IMG/VR virus record: IMGVR_UViG_3300033145_002224
Coordinates: 37,438 to 101,437 of that record
Direction: 5' to 3' (one strand)
Length of the DNA: 64,000 bases
Origin: a virus
Below are positions 50,642 through 58,815 of this stretch, in pieces; within the stretch, counting starts at the first letter, position 1, and every line of letters starts with the position of its first letter. The position numbers were made by a program, and so were the translations under genes. The notes beneath the pieces were generated by a model that was not told where the DNA came from, did not search any database, and saw nothing but the letters and a program-made list of their open reading frames with translations.

Positions 50642-51214
50642 TTAGCGTATATAGGCAAATTCCTTAAAGTATTTTTTTTCTCCCTCACATCTTGCTTTTA
50701 TCGCCCCCTTCCTTGTTTTATGGGTACCTAAACTTATTTGTTTAGAATTAACCATTATATAAGCCCTCCAATTATTATTTATTTTATTAAAACAATATCC
50801 GTCGCTCGGTTTATTCATTATATTTTGTTGGTGTGTACAATACCTTAAATTCTGTTTACGGTTATCAAGCGGGTTATAGTTTTTATGGTCTATAATAAAA
50901 TTTTCTTTTTTGCCCAAAATGAATATATGTAAATAAATTTTATTTGAGGCTACATGACCAGTATTTTTAATCGTCCATTTATGTTTTTTAACTTTTTCTA
51001 CATTGTCTAAATCAATCTTGGCCCTAGCAACTTCTTCACATTTTCTATTATATAGAATAATCTCAGCATAATCACTATATTTTATTATTTCATTTTTATC
51101 ATATATGGTTCTTTTTAGTAGTTTTCCATGTCTTTGTATTTGGTGTCCATGTTTACTACAGTAACCATGTGAATTATGTTTTCTCTTACAATTTTTTACT
51201 TTACAAATTTTCAT
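50642..51214 (-). CDS. HNH endonuclease with AP2-like C-terminus
   Basis: IDHKNYNPLDNRKQNLR; WRAYI...ISLG. Confidence 0.9.
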   Translation of the reverse strand: MKICKVKNCKRKHNSHGYCSKHGHQIQRHGKLLKRTIYDKNEIIKYSDYAEIILYNRKCEEVARAKIDLDNVEKVKKHKWTIKNTGHVASNKIYLHIFILGKKENFIIDHKNYNPLDNRKQNLRYCTHQQNIMNKPSDGYCFNKINNNWRAYIMVNSKQISLGTHKTRKGAIKARCEGEKKYFKEFAYIR

Positions 51215-51447
51215 AAATCTTTATCACGACAAATACTAAAATAGGCTTCTGCAAAAGGGCAACTATCACCACAATATGAATGCTTACGAATTATCTTAAC
51301 TACTAATTGTCTAAAGTCTACAATATCGTTTTTATTCCCGTGCGTACACCGAAACGCCATAACTTCTTTCATTAATTCTTGACAAAGATTTTTATGCTTA
51401 CTTTTTTTATAGGGCCAAATATCAGCCGCATACTTCTTTTTTCTCAT
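51211..51447 (-). CDS. Hypothetical protein
   Basis: Short ORF in tandem array; start uncertain. Confidence 0.45.
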   Translation of the reverse strand: MRKKKYAADIWPYKKSKHKNLCQELMKEVMAFRCTHGNKNDIVDFRQLVVKIIRKHSYCGDSCPFAEAYFSICRDKDL

Positions 51448-51613
51448 TATATTGTTTAACAAATTGTTCTATCTCTAGTTTACCGCCACAACGAAAACAT
51501 TTAATTTCAGAATCAGGATACTCAGACCAGTTCTCACTACTTTTACCTTTGTCATGTTTAACATTCTTACTACACTTAGGACAAATCAATTTTAATTTAA
51601 AATCTTTACCCAT
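51422..51613 (-). CDS. Zn-ribbon protein
   Basis: CPKC...CFRC. Confidence 0.6.
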   Translation of the reverse strand: MGKDFKLKLICPKCSKNVKHDKGKSSENWSEYPDSEIKCFRCGGKLEIEQFVKQYNEKKEVCG

Positions 51614-51618
51614 ATAAT

Positions 51619-51885
51619 TTAATTAACAATTTTTAAAGCATCACCTAATTCATCCTCAAACCCATTACTACTAGATAATCTAAGCCAAACATTAATAGCA
51701 AACCTTATTGTATCTTTTATTTCCCTAGACATTTTATACTCTGGGTCACCCCCAACAGGATATGTTTCAAGTTCGGTCATTGCTCGCTCAATAAGCTTAA
51801 TTTTAAACGGAGCTTTTATAATTTTTATATACTCATCTAATGCATATAACATGCATATTTGAGTGGAGAATTTAATAATTTTCAT
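51619..51885 (-). CDS. Hypothetical protein
   Basis: 88-aa ORF. Confidence 0.5.
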   Translation of the reverse strand: MKIIKFSTQICMLYALDEYIKIIKAPFKIKLIERAMTELETYPVGGDPEYKMSREIKDTIRFAINVWLRLSSSNGFEDELGDALKIVN

Positions 51886-51902
51886 TTAATTTAATTTATT
51901 CG

Positions 51903-51973
51903 CACCGGGCAGAGGTATCGCACCCCTGACTTAAGGTTTGGAATCTTATATGATACTATTTCACCAGCCCGGT
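51903..51973 (-). tRNA. trnW: tRNA-Trp (CCA), atypical T-loop
   Basis: Acceptor ACCGGGC/GCCCGGT, anticodon loop TTCCAAA, T-arm AGGGG-TGCGATA-CCTCT; no encoded CCA tail. Confidence 0.75.
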
Positions 51974-52003
51974 TTAACTTAAAAACTGAGCTGATGTACT
52001 TGT

Positions 52004-52165
52004 TTAATCTGTTTCATTGAGCTTAATATCCGAACGTCTAAATAACCTTCGCATACGACCAAATCCTTGATTAACACGACGTGTTTTGTCCCCTTCGCAT
52101 GTTCCAAGACCTCTACCGGTCTTTGGTCCAGCACCCTGGGGTCCCGTTTTGTCATATCCTGGCAT
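52004..52165 (-). CDS. DUF5320-like small Gly/Arg-rich protein (53 aa)
   Basis: Manual translation MPGYDKTGPQGAGPKTGRGLGTC... matches the MP.GD.TGP.G.GP.TGRG.G.C family pattern; GGTGGTG SD-like site. Confidence 0.8.
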   Translation of the reverse strand: MPGYDKTGPQGAGPKTGRGLGTCEGDKTRRVNQGFGRMRRLFRRSDIKLNETD

Positions 52166-52192
52166 ATTCTCACCACCTTTCTAGTTTTAAGT

Positions 52193-52546
52193 TTATTTTT
52201 CTCTTAATATTATATTATTTTTATGTGTTAACAACTCATCATCCTTCCACCTTGTTGGCTTTTTTATTTCAATACCATCACCTAATAAAATATGTATGAT
52301 AACATCCCTTTTAATTCCCTTTGCTATGTCTAATAATGATTTTAAAAATGTACACCCCTGTGAAATATATTTATCATCTTTTGTTTTTTTAACAAAACTA
52401 CCAATACAGTTATATTTACTAGTTGAATCTCCGTTTTTACATTTATATCCAAAAAATTTATAACCCCCATCTTCCCACAAAAACCCAGGTGCAGGTATTT
52501 TATCAATAAATTTTTCAACAATTATATTTACTTCTTCTTTTTCCAC
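52193..52546 (-). CDS. Hypothetical protein
   Basis: 117-aa ORF. Confidence 0.5.
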   Translation of the reverse strand: MEKEEVNIIVEKFIDKIPAPGFLWEDGGYKFFGYKCKNGDSTSKYNCIGSFVKKTKDDKYISQGCTFLKSLLDIAKGIKRDVIIHILLGDGIEIKKPTRWKDDELLTHKNNIILREK

Positions 52547-52734
52547 TTTACTTTAATTTAATGGGGATGCGCGGTTTTTACATCCCCTATTTTTTTACAT
52601 TATTTTTATTACCTTCCTTAAACACCCATCTCTCAAACCAAACCTCATTAATGGATTTGATTTTCAATAATTTTTTAATTAGTTTTTTTTCGTCTTTATC
52701 CGTTGTGTGTATTATGAATTGTATTTGATTCACT

Positions 52735-52941
52735 TTAAGCCTCCTCTACTATTCTTACCGGAAAACCGCCATTTATATTAATATTCATAAATGCACTTAT
52801 ATTAAAATACAAAAATGAACAACAATGAAATAACCACCCAAAATAATCCCATCTCCAACTCTTTACCGCTACACAACTATCATTATCATCATCGTCTACT
52901 TTAACGGGCCAAAAATCGAATATTATACCTTTTTTAATCAT
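52735..52941 (-). CDS. Hypothetical protein
   Basis: 68 aa; overlaps HU stop. Confidence 0.5.
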   Translation of the reverse strand: MIKKGIIFDFWPVKVDDDDNDSCVAVKSWRWDYFGWLFHCCSFLYFNISAFMNININGGFPVRIVEEA

Positions 52942-53242
52942 TTGTTTTTATTCCCATCATATAAGTCCTGAGCTTATAACCTGGTTTAAATTTAATTTGA
53001 TTCCTGCCAGGAATAATAATTCGCTGGCCAGGATTTTTAGCATCGTTTGCAAACCTGTCTTTGCCATCATGTAATTTAAAAATACCCCAATCTGGCACCT
53101 CACAAACACCTTTTTTTCTAATATTAGCTATTATAACCTTTAAAAACCCATAATATACGGTTTTAACCACCTCTGGCTCCATATAATTACTTTTTTCGCT
53201 AAGTTCACGCCAAAATTCAGTTTTTTGTCTATTTGACATCAT
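52934..53242 (-). CDS. HU/IHF-like DNA-binding protein
   Basis: VPDWGIF...NPGQRIIIPGR.QIKFKPG HU-arm pattern. Confidence 0.85.
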   Translation of the reverse strand: MMSNRQKTEFWRELSEKSNYMEPEVVKTVYYGFLKVIIANIRKKGVCEVPDWGIFKLHDGKDRFANDAKNPGQRIIIPGRNQIKFKPGYKLRTYMMGIKTND

Positions 53243-53462
53243 ATAGTCAAGATTAAGTTCTGGTAGATGGATCTATAAATAAATCCACTTAATACACTTT
53301 TAACTAATATTAGCCCCAAAAATACTTAAAGGATACAAGAAAGTAGTAGTGGAATACGAAAATCAGATAAAAACCCTACCAGAACTCGATTCTGCTATAT
53401 AAATTTGCTGTTTTCAGCCGAATAAGGGGGCAGCCGCCTAACCCTGGAAATAAGTATAAACG

Positions 53463-53535
53463 TTATCCACAATACTCAGCTATAATCAGTATAGCAAATC
53501 ATAGGACACTTGTCAAGTGGATAACTTATGGATAA
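53463..53535 (-). promoter_or_regulatory. Sigma70 promoter flanked by DnaA-box-like 9-mers
   Basis: -35 TTGACA (53511-16), 17-bp spacer, TGcTATACT (-10 at 53488-93); TTATCCACA at 53463-71; near-boxes at 53516-24 and 53527-35. Confidence 0.75.
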
Positions 53536-53569
53536 AAAAAACGGGAGCGAGCTACATTTGTCGCTCCCG
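53533..53569 (-). terminator. Intrinsic terminator
   Basis: CGGGAGCGA/TCGCTCCCG stem followed by T9. Confidence 0.85.
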
Positions 53570-53728
53570 ACCTGATTGTTGCTTAAACAAAACAGGATTT
53601 TTTAGGTACTGTTGCCAGTTTTTTTTTGCCACGAAATGTGAACAGTTATATAAACAGCGGTCTGAACCACAATACCTTTTTTTGCCACAATTCGGGCAAT
53701 CACTCAATTGGTACTTTCTTGGCCTCAT
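53552..53728 (-). CDS. Small Cys-rich (Zn-finger-like) protein, 58 aa
   Basis: Manual translation MRPRKYQLSDCPNCGKKRYCGSDRCLYNCSH...; AAGGAG SD. Confidence 0.55.
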   Translation of the reverse strand: MRPRKYQLSDCPNCGKKRYCGSDRCLYNCSHFVAKKNWQQYLKNPVLFKQQSGRERQM

Positions 53729-54038
53729 TTACACGCTCCTTTCGGCGAGCCTCCCAAACCATTTTTAATTCACCATTAACAACTTCAAAAAAAGCAATCG
53801 GATTTTTGTTATAATCCATAAGTGCGGCAGCAATAGGTTTGTCGCCCTTTTTAAAATCAAAGGCAAGAAATTCTACAGCAACGCAATGTTGAAATACTGC
53901 CACCCTTTTTGGATGATTTTTATACTTGATTACCAAGTCTTTAAAACCTTGTAAATCATCCGCCCTAGCCAACTGACTACAAAGGCCTAAGCTTAAAAAT
54001 GCAATCAGCATTACAATTACTATAGTTAATCTATTCAT
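53700..54038 (-). CDS. Secreted/membrane-anchored hypothetical protein
   Basis: Signal peptide ending ARA; AGGAGG SD. Confidence 0.65.
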   Translation of the reverse strand: MNRLTIVIVMLIAFLSLGLCSQLARADDLQGFKDLVIKYKNHPKRVAVFQHCVAVEFLAFDFKKGDKPIAAALMDYNKNPIAFFEVVNGELKMVWEARRKERVNEAKKVPIE

Positions 54039-54255
54039 CTTGCCTCCTTTTTAGCCAATATGCTTGTTTATTCCAAAAATTGTTTAAAAGAAATTCAATA
54101 ATTTCATCGGGCAACATATTCGTAAAAAGTCTATGATAAAGGTCGTGGTACTTGCCGTCAACAATGGCTATATTATTCGGTAAATTTGAGCCACCCCGGC
54201 TACTTGGTATTATGTGATGTCTTGTTCTTCTTTTGTGTTTCTTCCTTTTTGCCAT
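54031..54255 (-). CDS. Minimal HNH-motif protein
   Basis: TRHHIIPSSRGGSN..NNI......H..YH. Confidence 0.75.
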   Translation of the reverse strand: MAKRKKHKRRTRHHIIPSSRGGSNLPNNIAIVDGKYHDLYHRLFTNMLPDEIIEFLLNNFWNKQAYWLKRRQDE

Positions 54256-54412
54256 AATATGGCCTCCGTTTTCCACCGTGATCACGATAATAGCTGACTA
54301 TTTCTTTTGGTATATCCCTAATATCCGGCATTCTTGTTTTCTTAATTTTTTGATATGCCCGATAAATCCATAATCCGATAAAAAACAATCCTATCAATAG
54401 CCAAATTTTCAT
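54200..54412 (-). CDS. Small membrane-anchored protein (paralog of 56911..57096)
   Basis: N-terminal TM; IPKEIVSYY...GKRRPYY; AGGAGGT SD. Confidence 0.7.
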   Translation of the reverse strand: MKIWLLIGLFFIGLWIYRAYQKIKKTRMPDIRDIPKEIVSYYRDHGGKRRPYYGKKEETQKKNKTSHNTK

Positions 54413-54666
54413 TTCAATTACCTCCTTTTTAGGTTGTAAGGAACTTATTTACTAATAATAATGGTTAAATTGAGGCTAGGTGTTTTCATCCTGCCTGATG
54501 GTTTTTATTTAGGTTTAGTCCCGTGTGGTATCCACTCCACACAACTTTTTTTTATTTAACCATTGTTATTAATAAACAAGAAAATAGTAGCCCGTCCCAG
54601 AGTAAGGCTACCAATTTAATCAATTAAGATTATTAGGTTTTTCTCTACTGGGACGAGCGAGATGTG

Positions 54667-55443
54667 TTAAAAGGATATATGGATGTCCTTTTTTTTACCA
54701 AAGAACTGGGCTTTTGGACTACCGATTTTGGATGGCGGAAAACCTTTCATTTGTGCGTAACTAAGCTGATAGCCAAGATAGTGGCCTGTAATGGTAAGAT
54801 ATTGCTTTTTATAGGCAATGGTTTTGTTTCGCATATTGATATATTGCCTTTCAATCGCAATAGAGGCCAGATCGTGCACATGGGCCATAAACACAGCATC
54901 GCAGTCAAAATAGTGTGAAATATCGGTTATCGCCTTTAATTTGGTATAAACAAATCTTGAACCACTAGCACCGTGAAGCGTATAAATGGAATATTTCATA
55001 TCCCCAACATTTAAAAGATGCCAACAGGCAGATGATAGAAACGGTACCCTGAGTGTACCAGCCATAATTTTAGCGATATTCACGCCAGAGCTTTTGTAAA
55101 TTCTATCTTCATGATTACCGGAATGTAATCCGAGTATCAAGCCGGCATCAGCTAAGGATCTAAGATATTCCACAACATCTTCCATTTGTCTTTGGGGTTC
55201 AAGTTTTTGTGCATACACACTATCTCCGATTGAACCTGTAATTCCACACTCCAACAAATCACCCATTAATATCACATAGATGTGCTTTTCCAGACAATAG
55301 TCCAACATTTTTGTTGCCTCATCTATAAGACAAGTTGGGTGGCCATAGTGCCAATCTCCAAAAAATACGATAGACGCATAATCTTTTTTCCCAGTCTTCA
55401 ACAACTTACGATTTAACTTAACGGGTCTGCCTTGTCTAAGCAT
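54667..55443 (-). CDS. Calcineurin-like metallophosphoesterase (paralog of 20452..21297)
   Basis: GDWH, GDLLE, GNHE, HG and AHVH motifs; AGGAGGTG SD. Confidence 0.9.
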   Translation of the reverse strand: MLRQGRPVKLNRKLLKTGKKDYASIVFFGDWHYGHPTCLIDEATKMLDYCLEKHIYVILMGDLLECGITGSIGDSVYAQKLEPQRQMEDVVEYLRSLADAGLILGLHSGNHEDRIYKSSGVNIAKIMAGTLRVPFLSSACWHLLNVGDMKYSIYTLHGASGSRFVYTKLKAITDISHYFDCDAVFMAHVHDLASIAIERQYINMRNKTIAYKKQYLTITGHYLGYQLSYAQMKGFPPSKIGSPKAQFFGKKKDIHISF

Positions 55444-55456
55444 TTTAAATCACCTC

Positions 55457-55585
55457 CTATGGGTATGGTGGTTTGGAGCGTTCACCCCTACCACACTCGC
55501 AATCTTCACAATCGCATGGTTTATCTTTCTTTTCACAATCATCTTTATCCTTGTCACAATCCTTACAACCCTTATCCTTATCCAT
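55457..55585 (-). CDS. Metallothionein-like Cys/Asp/Lys-rich peptide (42 aa)
   Basis: Manual translation MDKDKGCKDCDKDKDDCEKKDKPCDCEDCECGRGERSKPPYP*; AGGAGGTG SD. Confidence 0.7.
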   Translation of the reverse strand: MDKDKGCKDCDKDKDDCEKKDKPCDCEDCECGRGERSKPPYP

Positions 55586-55606
55586 CTTAACACCTCCTAT
55601 TAAATT

Positions 55607-55789
55607 TTAAAAAGAACCATCGAATACCGGTTCCGGCATCCATATATAAACTAAAACAATAAACATTAAAACAAGAGCGATCATATTATAAGCCACCCCA
55701 TTCATGGCGGTAGAGAGAATACAGGCAACTATATTCTTAATCAGCACCACTATTATAACCACCGCGAATATTGTCATTAATAATTCCAT
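55607..55789 (-). CDS. Small 2-TM membrane protein, probably leaderless
   Basis: ATG 6 nt after TGcTATACT -10 (55796-55801), with TTGATT -35 at 17-bp spacing. Confidence 0.6.
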   Translation of the reverse strand: MELLMTIFAVVIIVVLIKNIVACILSTAMNGVAYNMIALVLMFIVLVYIWMPEPVFDGSF

Positions 55790-56632
55790 ATTTACAGTAT
55801 AGCATAAGTTGGACTTCAAATCAATATCAAATCCTAATATTTAATAATATAAAAAATCTGTCGATTAAAGGGTGGTTTTTACCAGATAGGGGTCCCATCC
55901 CTAGACCCCCCCCCACGGTTAGTTTGTAGGGGCTATAATGCCCTTTTTAGAGGTTTAAGGGTCTAGAGGTGATAATATACCATAATAATAACTATAACTC
56001 ACTGTATAGGGCTAAAAGCGTTAAAAAACGTCTAGGGAGTGGGTGGGTACCTTACCTACCTTCCATTACAATATCTAGGAGTCCCAAACAAGAGTACTCC
56101 CCCCATCCCTCGCGCCACGTATTAATACCTATTTATTATATATTATTTATTTTTAATCTATAAGTATATGCGTAAGCCTATTTATATCATCAAGGACGCT
56201 GTCACTCAGGAAGAACTGGCCTGTGAGGCTAACTACCTAGTGTTCCAGCGTAAGCTATCAGTGTATGTTGGGGAGGGAGTAGCTGTCTATACGTTAACAG
56301 AAACCACCATAGTAATAAGATAGTATAATAGTAATGGTTATAGTAGTGGAGTGTGTGTAGAATATGTGCTAAATCACCCTTACAATTATGTAAAATCACC
56401 TCTGAATTATCCAAATCACCATAATCCACCTCTAAAATTCACCCCTGAATAATTAAAACCATAAAATACCTACTTATTATAATATATATATTGTTTATTA
56501 CATTCTAGAGAGTGGCGGACTGTGCTCTGCTATTAAGTGGTTTGTTAACTGCTAATTAATATATACTAGTCAATATATTATCTCTCTAGAATATAGTAAA
56601 TAATCACCTCTAAATAACTAACACACAAACAT

Positions 56633-56911
56633 ATGAACTTCATAACTAAAACACTTAAAAAACACATACTTCATACACCTCTAACTATTAAACAACAAAA
56701 AACATTTAGAACAATACTAAAATATACATACACACCAATTATTAAAACATACTATATCTTATATCACCTACCTAAAACACTATACTACAAAACCTACACA
56801 CTCTACTTTATTATCTACAACTTCATACTTAAACAAATACTAAAAAACAAAAACAAACAACTTAATAAACTTAAATACTTCACTGGTGAACACAAACATA
56901 GGAGGCTATAA
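56633..56911 (+). CDS. Hypothetical basic protein
   Basis: First ORF of the plus arm; strongly biased composition. Confidence 0.45.
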   Translation: MNFITKTLKKHILHTPLTIKQQKTFRTILKYTYTPIIKTYYILYHLPKTLYYKTYTLYFIIYNFILKQILKNKNKQLNKLKYFTGEHKHRRL

Positions 56912-57096
56912 TGAATAAAATACTCAACATTCTATACATACTATATCTTTTCATCCTTAAACTTCCAATCTACTTATTTACCAAATTAAGAAAACCACCT
57001 CAACCACCCCTCCACATAACCATCCCAAAAGATATAATAACCCACTACAAAACCAATGACGGTAAAAGAAAACCTACCTACAAAAGGAGGACATAA
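56911..57096 (+). CDS. Small membrane-anchored protein (paralog of 54200..54412)
   Basis: N-terminal hydrophobic segment; IPKDIITHY...GKRKPTY; AGGAGG SD. Confidence 0.7.
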   Translation: MNKILNILYILYLFILKLPIYLFTKLRKPPQPPLHITIPKDIITHYKTNDGKRKPTYKRRT

Positions 57097-57284
57097 TGAG
57101 TAAAACTATATACTGCTCAGATTGTATTCGTTGTAAAGAATGTGAAGAAAAAGATAGCAAGAGTATTAAACCACTCTTAACACCACTCAAAAATAATGTT
57201 GTTAAAACTAACATAGGTTCTGAAATATACTGCGGTAGATTTCTTCCTAAACAACCTATGATAACTTCTATCTTTGCATTCTAA
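57096..57284 (+). CDS. Cys-rich small protein
   Basis: CSDCIRCKEC...YCGRF; AGGAGG SD. Confidence 0.65.
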   Translation: MSKTIYCSDCIRCKECEEKDSKSIKPLLTPLKNNVVKTNIGSEIYCGRFLPKQPMITSIFAF

Positions 57285-57452
57285 TCATAGTCTCTTTGAG
57301 AGTTCGGACTTTAACTGAAACTCTCTCCACTTCTTTAACTATTAATTTATATATTTTAACACCTCTAAATACCTATTTATTATAATTATTAATTAATAAT
57401 AAACCTTAGTTAGTCCAGACATTATCGCTACCTAAGGATATTAAATAAACGT

Positions 57453-57593
57453 ATGGGAGAACAAGAAATCAACACAAAGCTTAACAATCTAGCTTTCTCT
57501 TTCAGTAGCCGTACTTTCACGAGCCTTGGAAAACTGCTGGGTGCTAAGCCAATTTCATTCTTTCTTACCAACGCTGATAGCAAAGCGAACTAA
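57453..57593 (+). CDS. Small hypothetical protein (46 aa)
   Basis: MGEQEINTKLNNLAFSF...DSKAN*, followed by a hairpin. Confidence 0.45.
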   Translation: MGEQEINTKLNNLAFSFSSRTFTSLGKLLGAKPISFFLTNADSKAN

Positions 57594-57842
57594 GATAGCA
57601 TTCTATGCTATCTTGTATGTTTTATCCAAAAACATACGACACTTTTATCAACATCAAAGTCTTTGTGCTATTCATATCCTGCAAGGCGAGAATAGATAAT
57701 ATGAGTATCGTGTCATCATATATGGCATAACTAACAGCAAAGACTAGGCACTGTCCTACTACTAATTCACATACTATAAACCTAAACTTTGCGTACTTAA
57801 CAAGTGCATAGCATTTTCGGTACGTAAAGAGATTTCAATCGT

Positions 57843-58250
57843 ATGCCAGAATCAAACGAGCAAGCACAGGCAATCCAAAACCTGTTCAACTCAATGAACG
57901 CTCTTGACTTAAGAGTTTTCATCAAAAAAGCCACCGCTACTTCAGTCATCACCCAGCTAAACCAACAGATAGATATGCAAGCAGGTATGGACGAACAAAT
58001 CAAAATGAACATAAAAGCTATGTTCCAATCAATCGTAACCACCGCACTCAGCCCTAAAGCCCTCAGCCTTTCATTCTTCAACCAAGAAGCAGGCAAACGC
58101 CAATTCGTAGACAGACGAACAGAGGGTGTAGACTCTTCAAACCAACCACTTTGGATTTGGTCAGCAGGCAAACTCTTCAGGGACTTAAACACAACCGCCC
58201 CAGCCACACCAGCTCCTTCTTCAGCCCCAGCTCCAGTCGCATCAGCTTAA
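57843..58250 (+). CDS. Hypothetical protein, probably highly expressed
   Basis: 135 aa with Ala/Pro tail; own terminator. Confidence 0.75.
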   Translation: MPESNEQAQAIQNLFNSMNALDLRVFIKKATATSVITQLNQQIDMQAGMDEQIKMNIKAMFQSIVTTALSPKALSLSFFNQEAGKRQFVDRRTEGVDSSNQPLWIWSAGKLFRDLNTTAPATPAPSSAPAPVASA

Positions 58251-58279
58251 ATCCCCATACCAACGCAAATACGCAAACT

Positions 58280-58309
58280 AAGCACGGACGCATTGTTCGT
58301 GCTTTTTTT
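58280..58309 (+). terminator. Intrinsic terminator
   Basis: AAGCACGGAC/GTTCGTGCTT followed by a T run. Confidence 0.85.
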
Positions 58310-58364
58310 GTGGTCTAAACCTAACTATTAACACCTTTAAATAAACTATTTAGGATACAAATAT

Positions 58365-58619
58365 ATGAACATTTACAAAATAGAATTCTATAAAAACAAA
58401 ATACAAATATTAAAACAAATAACAACAATAGAAAGCATAAACGCCGTAGAAGCTGAACTAGACTTTAAAGAAATACACCCAAATAGAACAATAACAAATA
58501 TTGAAATACTAGAATCAAACACAGAGGGAGATTACTATTTTAACAAAGCCCACTTATCACACCCACCACCTCTAAACATACTAAAAAAACTAAATAAACA
58601 ACCATTATGCAATATATAA
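58365..58619 (+). CDS. Hypothetical protein
   Basis: 84-aa ORF. Confidence 0.55.
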   Translation: MNIYKIEFYKNKIQILKQITTIESINAVEAELDFKEIHPNRTITNIEILESNTEGDYYFNKAHLSHPPPLNILKKLNKQPLCNI

Positions 58620-58815
58620 AATACTATATATGGTACTTCTCACTCCTATCACTTAAACCACTCACAAATATGACACTCAATAAAATACACGAAACAGCAT
58701 ACGCACTATCACTAATGACCCCAAAACAAATCAAAGAACTATGGCATATTTGCCTTAAATAAACAAAATAAAACTACATTTAAATAACTAACAAATAACA
58801 AAACAAACAAACTAT

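Noticed and set aside
51979-52176. 65-aa track ORF
   Set aside because: The overlapping frame 52004..52165 encodes a recognisable DUF5320-like peptide
52562-52590. GGGGATG/CATCCCC hairpin as a second tRNA
   Set aside because: Single hairpin with no cloverleaf
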